Shown: piece by piece, positions 54,059 to 63,540 of the stretch
How positions within the stretch are numbered: position 1 is the first letter of the stretch
Layout of the letters: each line of letters begins with the position of its first letter
Assembly: GCA_964553035.1 (NCBI GenBank)
Contig: CAZKJH010000003.1
Coordinates: 767-64,766, forward strand
Source of the DNA: an uncultured Lentisphaerales bacterium
GTDB taxonomy: Bacteria; Verrucomicrobiota; Kiritimatiellia; RFP12; UBA3636
Direction of reading: 5' to 3'
Length of the DNA stretch: 64,000 bases
The notes under the pieces: generated by a model
The model's database searches: none
What the model saw: the letters and a program-made list of their open reading frames with translations, nothing else
Told to the model about the DNA's origin: nothing
Position numbers and translations under genes: made by a program

Positions 54059-55123
54059 TTAAATAAAGCAAAGGAATCGCGCCGGGTTCTCAACCATGAT
54101 AGTCTTGATCTGCTCTTCCGTGATGCCTCGAGCCAACATTTGCGGCACGATGTTGCTCAAGATATGTGCGTAACCTTGGCCGCCATAACATACAAGTTTT
54201 GACTTCAAGCAGGTGTCCTGTGAAACGAGGATCTGTTTTAAATATCCTGTGTCGATCAGTTCAATAATTTGCTCAATTCGTTCTCTGTCGCATGGCCTGT
54301 TAAACACGCCAAAACGCAGAGGGTAGAACGGGTTGCCGCCAAAAATATCATATTCAACATAGCAACCTGTTTTTGCTATTTCCTGTATTGTGGCCGGCAA
54401 AAAACCTGTTCGATCCATGTGTCCCATGATGACACGACCGATGTCCGCCCCGGCGTCATCGAGAAACCCGATAATGTCGATAGGCGAATTCGCGTGGCGA
54501 CCGGGATGAATGGTAATGGGTGCCCCTGTTTTCTGCTGCGCCCGTGCAGACGCACGAAGCAACTTCTTCTCCGAGTCCTGCAAAGGCCAGGAGCATCCGA
54601 TTTCGCCGATAATGCCCGCCCGGATTTTGGTATGACTGTCACCAACGAGGATTTCTGCAATGATTTCTTCGGCAATCTCGTCTACCGTTTTTTTGTCAAA
54701 TTCCTGCCTTGCTTCTCCGGCCAGAACGTAATAACCTGCTCCGGCAATGATATTGAGGCCTGTTGCTTGAGATATTCGTTTTAATGCTGGAAAGTTAGGG
54801 GATAGACCGGCGGTGGTCACGTCTACAATCGTACCCCCGCCCACATTCTTGAAAAACATCGCCTCCTTGATCGCGACATCTTCATCCAGCAAGCGCACGT
54901 TGTCTAAATTGCTGTACTGGTTGTAGTTAATCCAACTGATATTGTCGATGCTAACCGGTTCGAATGCCCTTTTTTTTAACTCAGCCTCTTGGGGTTCGGA
55001 AAATAATATCTTCGCGTCAACGAGAAGATGTTCATGGGGCAACGTTATTCCAAGCTCATCGGGATGAACTAAGCCCAAAACAGTTTGCGCCTTTTTAATG
55101 GGTTCTTTTGTTGTAGCAGACAT
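54059..55123 (-). CDS. Phosphotriesterase-family (PTE/PHP-like) metal-dependent hydrolase, likely lactonase
   Basis: TLPHEHLLVD His-His metal motif at N-terminus. TIM-barrel amidohydrolase length of 354 aa. Confidence 0.7.
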   Translation of the reverse strand: MSATTKEPIKKAQTVLGLVHPDELGITLPHEHLLVDAKILFSEPQEAELKKRAFEPVSIDNISWINYNQYSNLDNVRLLDEDVAIKEAMFFKNVGGGTIVDVTTAGLSPNFPALKRISQATGLNIIAGAGYYVLAGEARQEFDKKTVDEIAEEIIAEILVGDSHTKIRAGIIGEIGCSWPLQDSEKKLLRASARAQQKTGAPITIHPGRHANSPIDIIGFLDDAGADIGRVIMGHMDRTGFLPATIQEIAKTGCYVEYDIFGGNPFYPLRFGVFNRPCDRERIEQIIELIDTGYLKQILVSQDTCLKSKLVCYGGQGYAHILSNIVPQMLARGITEEQIKTIMVENPARFLCFI

Positions 55124-55195
55124 ATTTCTTCTTTCCTGTCGTGTGGCGTATTATGTGACTCTGAATTCGGCTTTTAGCACATTTCCACTAATAAT

Positions 55196-58174
55196 TTATT
55201 GATGTGATACCTTGACGGGGCCGAGCAGTCCTGACGCAATCTTGGCTCCACCCCAAATATTGGCTGGAGTATTCGCGACAGTTATCTCAACATCCAGTTC
55301 ATTTTTCTGGCTGAACTTGGCTATGTCGACACGCCATGGGGCGGCGATTTTGACTCCGGCAGGTTGTCCGCAGATACGGATTTCAGCCGAGTTGCCGGGA
55401 CGACCAAAAGAAAGCGTTAGCGGACAGTTTTGAAATTCTGGAGGCAGGATTATTCTTTTTGAATATGAGGCAGTTCCCGAGTAATAAGGATAGCCATTCC
55501 CGGCCCAGTCTCCAAGTGGGAGTTCAGTCTTGGGACGCGCAAGAGAGTCTCTCTCAATTGCAAAAGCACCGAATATGATCGGGGCATCCCTGTGTCGTGC
55601 ATTATTAAGAATCACGGTGGATTTTTCAATTTTAAGCTCATTCTCTCCTTTGCGGAGAAGTTGTGTGATATCCGCTTCAAGAATCCAGTGGTCAAATGTC
55701 TTCCCAGGAGCAAAACCTTTTATCAATTGACCATTTAGGTAACACGTGAGACGGTCAAAATAATATCCGAAAAACAGTTCGCGGTCTGACATCTCCTCGT
55801 CAATGGCCACTCCTGCAGATTCTGGGATGAAATCGGCGTTGAAGACAAATACGCTCGTCTGCAGATCCCTGTTGAATGTTGTCCGGCAATCCCGGAGCGG
55901 TAGCGCATTGGGCTTGTGTGGGCGGAAATTCCAATCTCCATGGATTTCCATCTCGGATTTGCATGTGCTTCCGGGTTTGTTATTTACGCTTGCAGCAATC
56001 CCTTCTCCTGAGACAAGGACAAGCGATTCAGCCGCGGCAAAATCATGTTTGATCGCGTATTTTCCGTCGGCCGTCTTTTCTCCGGCCTCACCAAGTTCCG
56101 CAGTGTCAAGATCGAGTATGAGCGGCGCATTTTTTCCAGAAAAAGATAGTGAGACTCCCTTGATATCGGATCTGGAAATATTTTGAAGCAGGCAGAAGCT
56201 GAAGCCGTTCTTGATCCACTCCTTGGAGACAATCTTTCCGTTTCCTCCGGAAACCTGGAGCACCCTGGAAGTGTTCGTAAGAAGAAACTCGAGAAGCTTG
56301 TCGGGATTCGCCTTCAGTTCCTCATCCGAGCTGAAACTTATGCTAAGATCACAAGTTTCTCCGTTTGGAACTTGTGAAACCCGGCTGTTTTCCGGATCAA
56401 AAAGATCTTCAGTTTTGGAGTTGAGTGCTGCGATCTTTCCACCGGACTTGCGCCATTTCTGGAGCATGTTGAAAGTTTTCTCCTCAAGGACTTTTGCGCA
56501 AGGCAGGATCAACGCCTTGAAAGATACTTTTTTGCCGTTTGCCGCCTTAATACACAGCGTGCCATTTTCAATGCTCGCCTCCTGTAGATAAGTCTCGTCG
56601 ATTATCTCGTAGGGTATATTGTTTTCGAGCAGGAAATTTCCGGCGGCACGGAATGTCATATCAATCATTCCGCAGACCTCGCCTCGGCCAGCCCGCGTAT
56701 GTTCGGGACCTCCTATGGCGATATGAGCCTCCTGCGAAGAAACGGGGTAGAGCAGGGCTGTCTGGCTTGTCCTTTCTCCGTAGCTGGTCAGATAGCATAA
56801 TTTTGAGATCCAATCAGCCCATTCTTTGTAATGCTCCCATATCGGGCTGTGATAATGATCGGGAAAGCTTTCCCATTTCCGGTGTCCGGCGATGGAATAA
56901 TATATCCCATGCGGAACAAACAAATCCGTTCCAAGCACGGAAAGCAGCCCCGTGGCACGCTTGATTTCCGCCAAATCCAAATTCCATCCGCCGGCGAGGC
57001 CCATGCACTCGCACATGGTCCTTGAGCCTGCGGAGAAATAAGCCGGGCACGATGTTCCCGGTATGGAAATGCTCAGGCAGTCTTTTTGTTTCATCCTGAG
57101 CAAATCATCCATCTCCTCAAGGTTTTCCCTGCCAAGCATGTCAACGCCCGGAAGCCCCTGATTGCGCTTCTGGTCAAAGCGGTCACCCAATTGTCTTATG
57201 TGCTCGGAGGCTCCATCCTCTATGCAATAGTGGCCTGTACTCAATATTCCGTTTTTGCGGCATGAATCGTCAATGGGCCTGATGAACGAATCCCTGTATT
57301 CGTCATTGATGAATCTCCAGAATATAAGTCTGCATATCTTGCTTTGCGGGATGCCGAAAAATACTCCCGGAAGGACATCCTCCAAATGTTTTCCGGTCCT
57401 TTTCTTGAAACGTTCAGGGAAGTCCTTCGACCAGGGAACGCTCCTTCTTGCATATCCGAAACTGGCACATGAATTATCGGTGAATTCCCCTTTGATCACC
57501 GTGCCGAAATATTTCCCGAATTCCTCTGCATACCAGTCATAAGACAAACTGACAAATTTGTGCATGGCCTCTTTGTCAAAATAGTCAGGGTATTTGTCGA
57601 AATGGTCGGGAAACTTGTTGTCCCCAGACGAATCCTCTTTTTGATCGAGGGCGATAATTGTCACCGGTGCGCCACTGGAGTTTTTCCATAGCAACGCTTT
57701 TTTTCCTGCAATCAGAGGCGTGAGGTTTTCAGTCTTGCCATCCTCAGCCACGGCGAAGATGAAGAAAGTAGTTTCGCTGTGCGGAATTTCCACGGATTCT
57801 CCTGCTGACACCTTACGCTCGAAAGATGATTTCAGGCACAGCATGGAACATTCAGGGAAATAGAAGAACAGTTTGCCTCCGGCAGGGCCTGTAGGGTAGT
57901 TGAGCTCGTCGTAAAGCCAGACGCTCAGATTATGCTTGACAGCCTCCTTGATGCAGAAATCAACGGCTTTGCGCCATTCAGGGTCAAGGTATCCGCTTCT
58001 GAGACCGTCGCGGGCATGAAGCATTATGCCACCAAAACCCTTGTCAGCCATATCCGCTATCTGCCTGCCCATTTCATCCTCGAGCAGATAATGGTTCAGA
58101 AACCAGAACGCGACAGGGCGGAATTCATTGGACGGATTTTTCACGCCCTGAATAAAACGCATGTCGGGCATCAT
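55196..58174 (-). CDS. Large (992 aa) cytoplasmic putative glycoside hydrolase, family not assignable by eye
   Basis: No signal peptide. N-terminal TIM-barrel-like block FGGIMLHARDGL...WLYDELNYPTG. Long beta-rich C-terminus. Co-oriented in the glycan locus. Confidence 0.45.
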   Translation of the reverse strand: MMPDMRFIQGVKNPSNEFRPVAFWFLNHYLLEDEMGRQIADMADKGFGGIMLHARDGLRSGYLDPEWRKAVDFCIKEAVKHNLSVWLYDELNYPTGPAGGKLFFYFPECSMLCLKSSFERKVSAGESVEIPHSETTFFIFAVAEDGKTENLTPLIAGKKALLWKNSSGAPVTIIALDQKEDSSGDNKFPDHFDKYPDYFDKEAMHKFVSLSYDWYAEEFGKYFGTVIKGEFTDNSCASFGYARRSVPWSKDFPERFKKRTGKHLEDVLPGVFFGIPQSKICRLIFWRFINDEYRDSFIRPIDDSCRKNGILSTGHYCIEDGASEHIRQLGDRFDQKRNQGLPGVDMLGRENLEEMDDLLRMKQKDCLSISIPGTSCPAYFSAGSRTMCECMGLAGGWNLDLAEIKRATGLLSVLGTDLFVPHGIYYSIAGHRKWESFPDHYHSPIWEHYKEWADWISKLCYLTSYGERTSQTALLYPVSSQEAHIAIGGPEHTRAGRGEVCGMIDMTFRAAGNFLLENNIPYEIIDETYLQEASIENGTLCIKAANGKKVSFKALILPCAKVLEEKTFNMLQKWRKSGGKIAALNSKTEDLFDPENSRVSQVPNGETCDLSISFSSDEELKANPDKLLEFLLTNTSRVLQVSGGNGKIVSKEWIKNGFSFCLLQNISRSDIKGVSLSFSGKNAPLILDLDTAELGEAGEKTADGKYAIKHDFAAAESLVLVSGEGIAASVNNKPGSTCKSEMEIHGDWNFRPHKPNALPLRDCRTTFNRDLQTSVFVFNADFIPESAGVAIDEEMSDRELFFGYYFDRLTCYLNGQLIKGFAPGKTFDHWILEADITQLLRKGENELKIEKSTVILNNARHRDAPIIFGAFAIERDSLARPKTELPLGDWAGNGYPYYSGTASYSKRIILPPEFQNCPLTLSFGRPGNSAEIRICGQPAGVKIAAPWRVDIAKFSQKNELDVEITVANTPANIWGGAKIASGLLGPVKVSHQ

Positions 58175-58258
58175 AGGACAGGCTCCTGTGAAAAAAACTG
58201 GCGGTAAAGATAATCTGAAGACTTGCTTTTCATTTCAATGTTCTTTATCCGAAATCAG

Positions 58259-60673
58259 TCACGGAATGGGTTTCTTCACAAAAATGATCTGGTCGCACAA
58301 CACCGAGTAAGGGGTGTTGGTGTCCGGGGGCGTTGGCGGGTCGAACTTCAGCGAGACATGCACATCGTACCGGTTATCGTTGTCCGGCGATGTAGGACCG
58401 TACAGGCGCTCGCCAAGCTGCAGTTGCGTCGCCCAGCTCCAGCCCGAAAACCAAATGATACAGTCCTCAGAGACCTGAATTTCACCCAGCGGGTATAGTT
58501 TATACGAGCCCATGGCGATGTCATTGGTGGCTACGGTATACGTTGCTCCGCGGATGTTGGTGTCGTTCTGATGAAAGCCGAAATGGAACGGTTTGTCCGG
58601 TTTGTCCACGACCGCCGCAAACCCGAACGCCGCATCGGGATCCTTGACGTTCACCGGAGTACTCCAGCCCGACCGGTGCGGGACGAATCGCTTGACCAGA
58701 GCCTTGTCCATGGCATCAAAAGGCGGCGGCAGCGGTTTCTCTGCCCCGGCCAATTGGATCATCATTTCCCAACCCTCGACCAGCGAGTCTATTCCCCAAT
58801 GCGGTGGCGTTGGAGCCAGCCGTGCCTTGACAACGCGATAATCGATGAACGTCTCCGGGTAGGCCTTGGCCAAGTCGTTCCAGTGCGCCAGAGTGGCATA
58901 GTCCAGTGTTTGCCGCAGTCGGCGCACATTCTTCAGGCGCAGCGGATCAGCGGCCGTATCGTTTTCCATGCGATTGAAATAACCCTGCCAGCGGCGCAGC
59001 ATCTTGGGCGTCAGCCCTGTCATGACGCGATTGATCGTTCCACCGGCGCTGATCGAGGTGTCCTTGCTTGCCTCTTTCTGCGCCGCTTCCAGCTCTTTCA
59101 GGTACGTCCGCGTCAGTGAGGCAGCCGATCCATACTGGTAGTCTGTAAATTCCCGAATCAAGGCGGCAACATCACGATCAACATCCTTAAACAGCTCGAC
59201 GTAAATGTATTTTTGCAGTTCCGTAAAATTGAAGCCGCCCGGCACGGCAAAGGAGCCCTGTTCAATATAAACACCCTGTACACCCGCCTTTTTCATCAGC
59301 CGGAGATCGGTGACCATCCGCCCAATGTTGTTCCCAGACGGCATACTGCCGCCTGCGTGGTAACTATTGGGATAATAATGGGTCCAGAGATTCGTGGTCA
59401 ACCTGGACCAGGCCAGCAGGTCCTCGTAGCTCGGGCGGTTGCGAGGATGATTCCAGTCCTTGTCAACCTCGTCATGAATGTTAGCGAACAGCATGATCAA
59501 GTTATCGGGAAATGTCTGCCCGGTCGGCATCACGGGCGGCTTCTGTGTCTGGGTCAGCCGGTAGGCCAGCGTCCGGATCCGTGTGCCCGGATGCTTAACG
59601 TTGACGACTGCGCAAAGCTCGAAAAGATAGTCGAAGAACGGTCCTCCCGGAGTCTCGTACTTCTGCTTCAACGCCTGACAGTCTGGACAGAAACAGAAAT
59701 CGCCGGTCCAGAGATCCATGGCGCCGATGCTCAAAATCAGTGGGAGAGAATTCTGTTCCTCCCCGAGGATGCGGAGATGCTCCAGAACGTTTTTGGTGAA
59801 CACGTCGCGAAGTGCGCGGTTGCTGAAGCAAAGCTGCTGGTAGGGCACCCGCGTTCCGGCCTTGCTCATGCTGAAGAAGTCGGGGTGACTGGTGAAGTAA
59901 TCCTTTTTTTTCTGCCAGTCAAACGTATCGGCACCCACGGAGTTGGGTGCCGGCGTAACATAGCTGAACAGGGAGTGGCCGCCCCCCGCCAGAAACGCCT
60001 TCGATTCCACTCCGTCCGGAAAGGGATCCGTACCGCCTGCTTTTCGAACGGCCTGTCTTCTCTCGCTGAATTCCATATTCAGCCCGTGTTGGTACTGGAA
60101 TAACCTTGGATCTGAGAGCATGCGATAGGCAAAGGGAAATCCGCCTTTGCGGTCAAACGGCTTAACGGACAGGGTACGCTGGACGGTGAAAACCGGTTCC
60201 CCTTCATGAGGTTCCCGTTTCGACGCCGCTTCGCCGTACCAGACGCCATCGGTGTACCAGCGCCAACCGAGCGTGTTTTCCATGAAATCCATCACGGCAT
60301 ACAGGTTCCCGTGCATCCCTTTGCCGTAGAGCGCGATGTCCCCGTCAACACTTCGCACGACATATTCCTGATCCTGAAGCCCGGCCAGTGGATCGGTGCC
60401 GACGGCCTTTACCGCCGGGTCGCTCAGACCGACAAAAATATGCCTCCCAGTTCCCGTAACCTTGTCGGACGAGATGACAGCGAAGGACGCGCCGGTCTTC
60501 TGAAACAGGAAGTTGGTGAGCACACTGACCGCATAGCCGTCAACCGCGCTCGCTTCAGTGGGCAGCACGAGCACGTAATCGGTCGCGCCGTCGCGGGCCA
60601 GCATGAGCGGCCCGGCGACGGAGGTGGAGACAAGCAGAGCAAGACCTAAGATAGGGTATAAACGGTGATGCAT
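58259..60673 (-). CDS. Secreted DUF4838-like protein (glycoside-hydrolase-like, about 800 aa); start at MHHRLYPILGLALLVSTSVAG signal peptide
   Basis: Signal peptide after internal Met. Architecture resembles DUF4838 proteins common in glycan loci of PVC-group bacteria. Confidence 0.5.
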   Translation of the reverse strand: MHHRLYPILGLALLVSTSVAGPLMLARDGATDYVLVLPTEASAVDGYAVSVLTNFLFQKTGASFAVISSDKVTGTGRHIFVGLSDPAVKAVGTDPLAGLQDQEYVVRSVDGDIALYGKGMHGNLYAVMDFMENTLGWRWYTDGVWYGEAASKREPHEGEPVFTVQRTLSVKPFDRKGGFPFAYRMLSDPRLFQYQHGLNMEFSERRQAVRKAGGTDPFPDGVESKAFLAGGGHSLFSYVTPAPNSVGADTFDWQKKKDYFTSHPDFFSMSKAGTRVPYQQLCFSNRALRDVFTKNVLEHLRILGEEQNSLPLILSIGAMDLWTGDFCFCPDCQALKQKYETPGGPFFDYLFELCAVVNVKHPGTRIRTLAYRLTQTQKPPVMPTGQTFPDNLIMLFANIHDEVDKDWNHPRNRPSYEDLLAWSRLTTNLWTHYYPNSYHAGGSMPSGNNIGRMVTDLRLMKKAGVQGVYIEQGSFAVPGGFNFTELQKYIYVELFKDVDRDVAALIREFTDYQYGSAASLTRTYLKELEAAQKEASKDTSISAGGTINRVMTGLTPKMLRRWQGYFNRMENDTAADPLRLKNVRRLRQTLDYATLAHWNDLAKAYPETFIDYRVVKARLAPTPPHWGIDSLVEGWEMMIQLAGAEKPLPPPFDAMDKALVKRFVPHRSGWSTPVNVKDPDAAFGFAAVVDKPDKPFHFGFHQNDTNIRGATYTVATNDIAMGSYKLYPLGEIQVSEDCIIWFSGWSWATQLQLGERLYGPTSPDNDNRYDVHVSLKFDPPTPPDTNTPYSVLCDQIIFVKKPIP

Positions 60674-60723
60674 AGTTTTCTTTTTTCGTTCAAATTTCAC
60701 AGGTTTAATCAAAACGTCTCCGT

Positions 60724-62331
60724 TCACCGTATCGTCAGAAGGAGACCCTGGTACACAAACTCATACGCTCCCATGTCCACATTGCCACTGAACTTGTCGA
60801 TCCGTGGATTGCCGTCCAAGTCCAATGCGCCGGCCATCCAGCTCTGACTCAGTCCCGTGTTGAGGCAAGGCGAATTCGGGCGCACATGGTAGTCGCCAAC
60901 AACATGGCTGGCTCCGTAACCACCCCCAGAGGTCAGGAATAGAGGGTTGTTCGTGGTGTTTGCAGAATCCCAGCCGGCTTTTTCCGATCGGACGCAGGAG
61001 TTGGAAAACGTCACGTTCCCCCTCCACTCTGAATAGCTGGCATTGGCCGTTGCATTGTTGGAGTAGACGATGCTGTTGACTACATAAGAGGGCCCCGCAC
61101 CTTCCACCCCAACGCCACCTCCGACATAGGCCTCATTGCCGACGAATGTGCAGTTTACTGCCTGGGCACCATCCGCGAGGGACGCGCCGCCCCCATAGTA
61201 ACCGGAACTGTTGCCGTAGAACAGGCAGTTATAGTAGCTGCCATTGAGACCCCCGCCGCCGCTTCCAATGCCGGTATTAAAGGCCACGATGCAGTTGGTC
61301 ATGGCGCAGTCGCCCACGCCCCCGCCGTAGACAGCACGGTTGCTGGTTACACGACAGTTTAACAAGGTCGATAAGCGCGCCCCTCCACCTTGCCCCGTGA
61401 CCGTATTGAACGCCACAGTGCAGTTGGATAACGTGGTGTAGTTTGCTCCCCCGCCATAAACGGCCGAATTGGAGACCACCGTGCAGTCATACGCTCTGCA
61501 TGGGTTTGCGGCACTCGGGCCACCAAGGCCGCCGCCATCATAACCGGCCGAGTTATTCGAAACCACGCAGCCGTAGAGTGTGCTGCTGAATGCCCCGCCG
61601 CCTGATTCGGCCCTATTGCCAATAAAGTCGCAACGATACAGCTTCGCATTGTACGCGCCCCCACCTTTGGGAGCGTTGGGAGTATTCGCAAAACCGTTGT
61701 TGATGAATTTCGAGTCGTAGAACGTTCCGCCCAAGGCACCGCCACCGCCGTTGCCCGAATAGCCATAACCCATGTTGCCGACAATCACACAGTTGGAAAT
61801 AATGGCCGATGAGTGCGCGTGGATACCGCCGCCGCAACGCGCTTCCGTGCTTTCTCCCGTCACATGCGTCGCGCCGTTGGTGAGCGTGAACCCTATCAAG
61901 CGCGAGCCCGATGCCTGCAAATACACCGGTCGCACAGCCGCCGGTCCATTGGTCGTCACCGGATCCCAGGCACCTTGAATGATGGTGTTGGCTGGATCGT
62001 TATTTTCGCTCCGCAACGTGATCGCCCTGTCGACATGCACGCGATTTGTCAGCCCAACGATTGCGACCCCTCCGGTATCGTAGACTCCAGCACGGACAAT
62101 CACCTCATCGCCTTGAGCCGCCACGGCGGCGTTCACCGCCGATTGGATGTCGGTGGCGGCGTTCGTCCAGGCATTGTAGGGCGACGAAGGCGTAGCATTC
62201 GCCTTGTCCACATAACGGTCGATGCGGGCAGCCCGAGCTGCGGTGAGAGACGTTAGCGCAAGCAGCGCCAGAGACATGAGCCAGAACTTGCGGACTGGCA
62301 ATGTTGATCGACAGGGTCTAAGCGTGTTCAT
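60724..62331 (-). CDS. Secreted right-handed beta-helix repeat protein with conserved ~75-aa C-terminal module
   Basis: Signal peptide FWLMSLALLALTSLTAARA. Gly/Asn-rich beta-helix repeats. C-terminal ...SPCLNTGL...LDLDGNPRIDK...VDMGAYEFVY. Confidence 0.6.
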   Translation of the reverse strand: MNTLRPCRSTLPVRKFWLMSLALLALTSLTAARAARIDRYVDKANATPSSPYNAWTNAATDIQSAVNAAVAAQGDEVIVRAGVYDTGGVAIVGLTNRVHVDRAITLRSENNDPANTIIQGAWDPVTTNGPAAVRPVYLQASGSRLIGFTLTNGATHVTGESTEARCGGGIHAHSSAIISNCVIVGNMGYGYSGNGGGGALGGTFYDSKFINNGFANTPNAPKGGGAYNAKLYRCDFIGNRAESGGGAFSSTLYGCVVSNNSAGYDGGGLGGPSAANPCRAYDCTVVSNSAVYGGGANYTTLSNCTVAFNTVTGQGGGARLSTLLNCRVTSNRAVYGGGVGDCAMTNCIVAFNTGIGSGGGGLNGSYYNCLFYGNSSGYYGGGASLADGAQAVNCTFVGNEAYVGGGVGVEGAGPSYVVNSIVYSNNATANASYSEWRGNVTFSNSCVRSEKAGWDSANTTNNPLFLTSGGGYGASHVVGDYHVRPNSPCLNTGLSQSWMAGALDLDGNPRIDKFSGNVDMGAYEFVYQGLLLTIR

Positions 62332-62432
62332 GATTGAGTCTCCTCTTTGGTTAGGTAACCGGTTACATTTCCGGGGTAGGGTAGCCCCGACAATCTTGTC
62401 GGGGAATAGGTAAAATTTATAGACAACGTTTT

Positions 62433-63524
62433 TTATTTCTCCCACGGATAGTTGATCTTAAGCAGTGCTCCGTTCTGCTTCGCTGATTCCGCTGCAAAAA
62501 TTCCAGGAATTGACATCAGTAAACCGTCACGTGCTGAGATCGGATCCGCTTCTCCGCGAATCGCTTTGCAGAAACGCACAAGTAACGCGCCGTCCGCTCC
62601 TTGATGACTTCCGGATGCCTTGCCCGCAAATTCAGCTCGCCATAAGTGCGAAGAGAGTTCCGTGATACCGTTTAAGCCGAAAAGTTTTGTTGAACTGACC
62701 AATGTTTTTGGCGGTAGGATTGTGCCGCGCCCGGAGAAGCGTTCAAAATATCCTTCCGTTCCAAAAATACGATACGAATGGGCTCCGATATGGTTGCTGT
62801 TGATAAAGGAAACGGTAAGTCTGACAACGGAACCTGAATCCGTATTGAAATGGGCTGTCATGAGATCATGCATCCCTTCTTCGCCTACGATTTGGGAGCC
62901 CGTTGAAATACAGGAAACCGTGCGCAACACGTCATTGCCAAGGACTCGGAGCAAGGGGCCGAGCGAATGCGTACAATACTTGATCGAAACATATTTTTTC
63001 CGCCACGGGGTCACTTCGAACAAATGCCTTATATCATGGATGTATTCAGCTTCAAGGTATGACGCTTTCCCCAGCAGGCCTTTTTTGTAAAAATCCTCGA
63101 GAGAATACACGAAATCATATTCATTCGCGTTGGCACCGGTCATGAATATCGCTTTGCTTTTTGACGCCGCGTTCCATAACCGTTCGCCTTCTTCTAAGGA
63201 ATCGACGGGAGGGATGTCAGAAAGCACCGCGATACCGCGCTCGAGCGCGTCAATGCTATGTTGCACATGGATCTCGGCTGGAGTCTCAACGATAACGGCA
63301 TCCGGTCTGACTTTATCAAGCATCGTGTGATAATCGCCAAATAATTCAATATGAGGGAAGCGTTCTTTCATGGGAGCCTTCCCGTCTTGCGGTGTGGTCC
63401 AGTACACAGGCTGAACATCGCAGGCCCCGACGACTTCAAAATAATCCTTGAACAACTCAGCTTCAGCAAGCATGGTTCGCCCGCGTTCCCCAAGTCCCAA
63501 TACGGTTATTCTTACTTTTTTCAT
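62433..63524 (-). CDS. Gfo/Idh/MocA family NAD(P)-dependent oxidoreductase
   Basis: Rossmann N-terminus MKKVRITVLGLGERGRTM. 363 aa. Confidence 0.8.
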   Translation of the reverse strand: MKKVRITVLGLGERGRTMLAEAELFKDYFEVVGACDVQPVYWTTPQDGKAPMKERFPHIELFGDYHTMLDKVRPDAVIVETPAEIHVQHSIDALERGIAVLSDIPPVDSLEEGERLWNAASKSKAIFMTGANANEYDFVYSLEDFYKKGLLGKASYLEAEYIHDIRHLFEVTPWRKKYVSIKYCTHSLGPLLRVLGNDVLRTVSCISTGSQIVGEEGMHDLMTAHFNTDSGSVVRLTVSFINSNHIGAHSYRIFGTEGYFERFSGRGTILPPKTLVSSTKLFGLNGITELSSHLWRAEFAGKASGSHQGADGALLVRFCKAIRGEADPISARDGLLMSIPGIFAAESAKQNGALLKINYPWEK

Positions 63525-63540
63525 AATTTTGCCCTGACGC

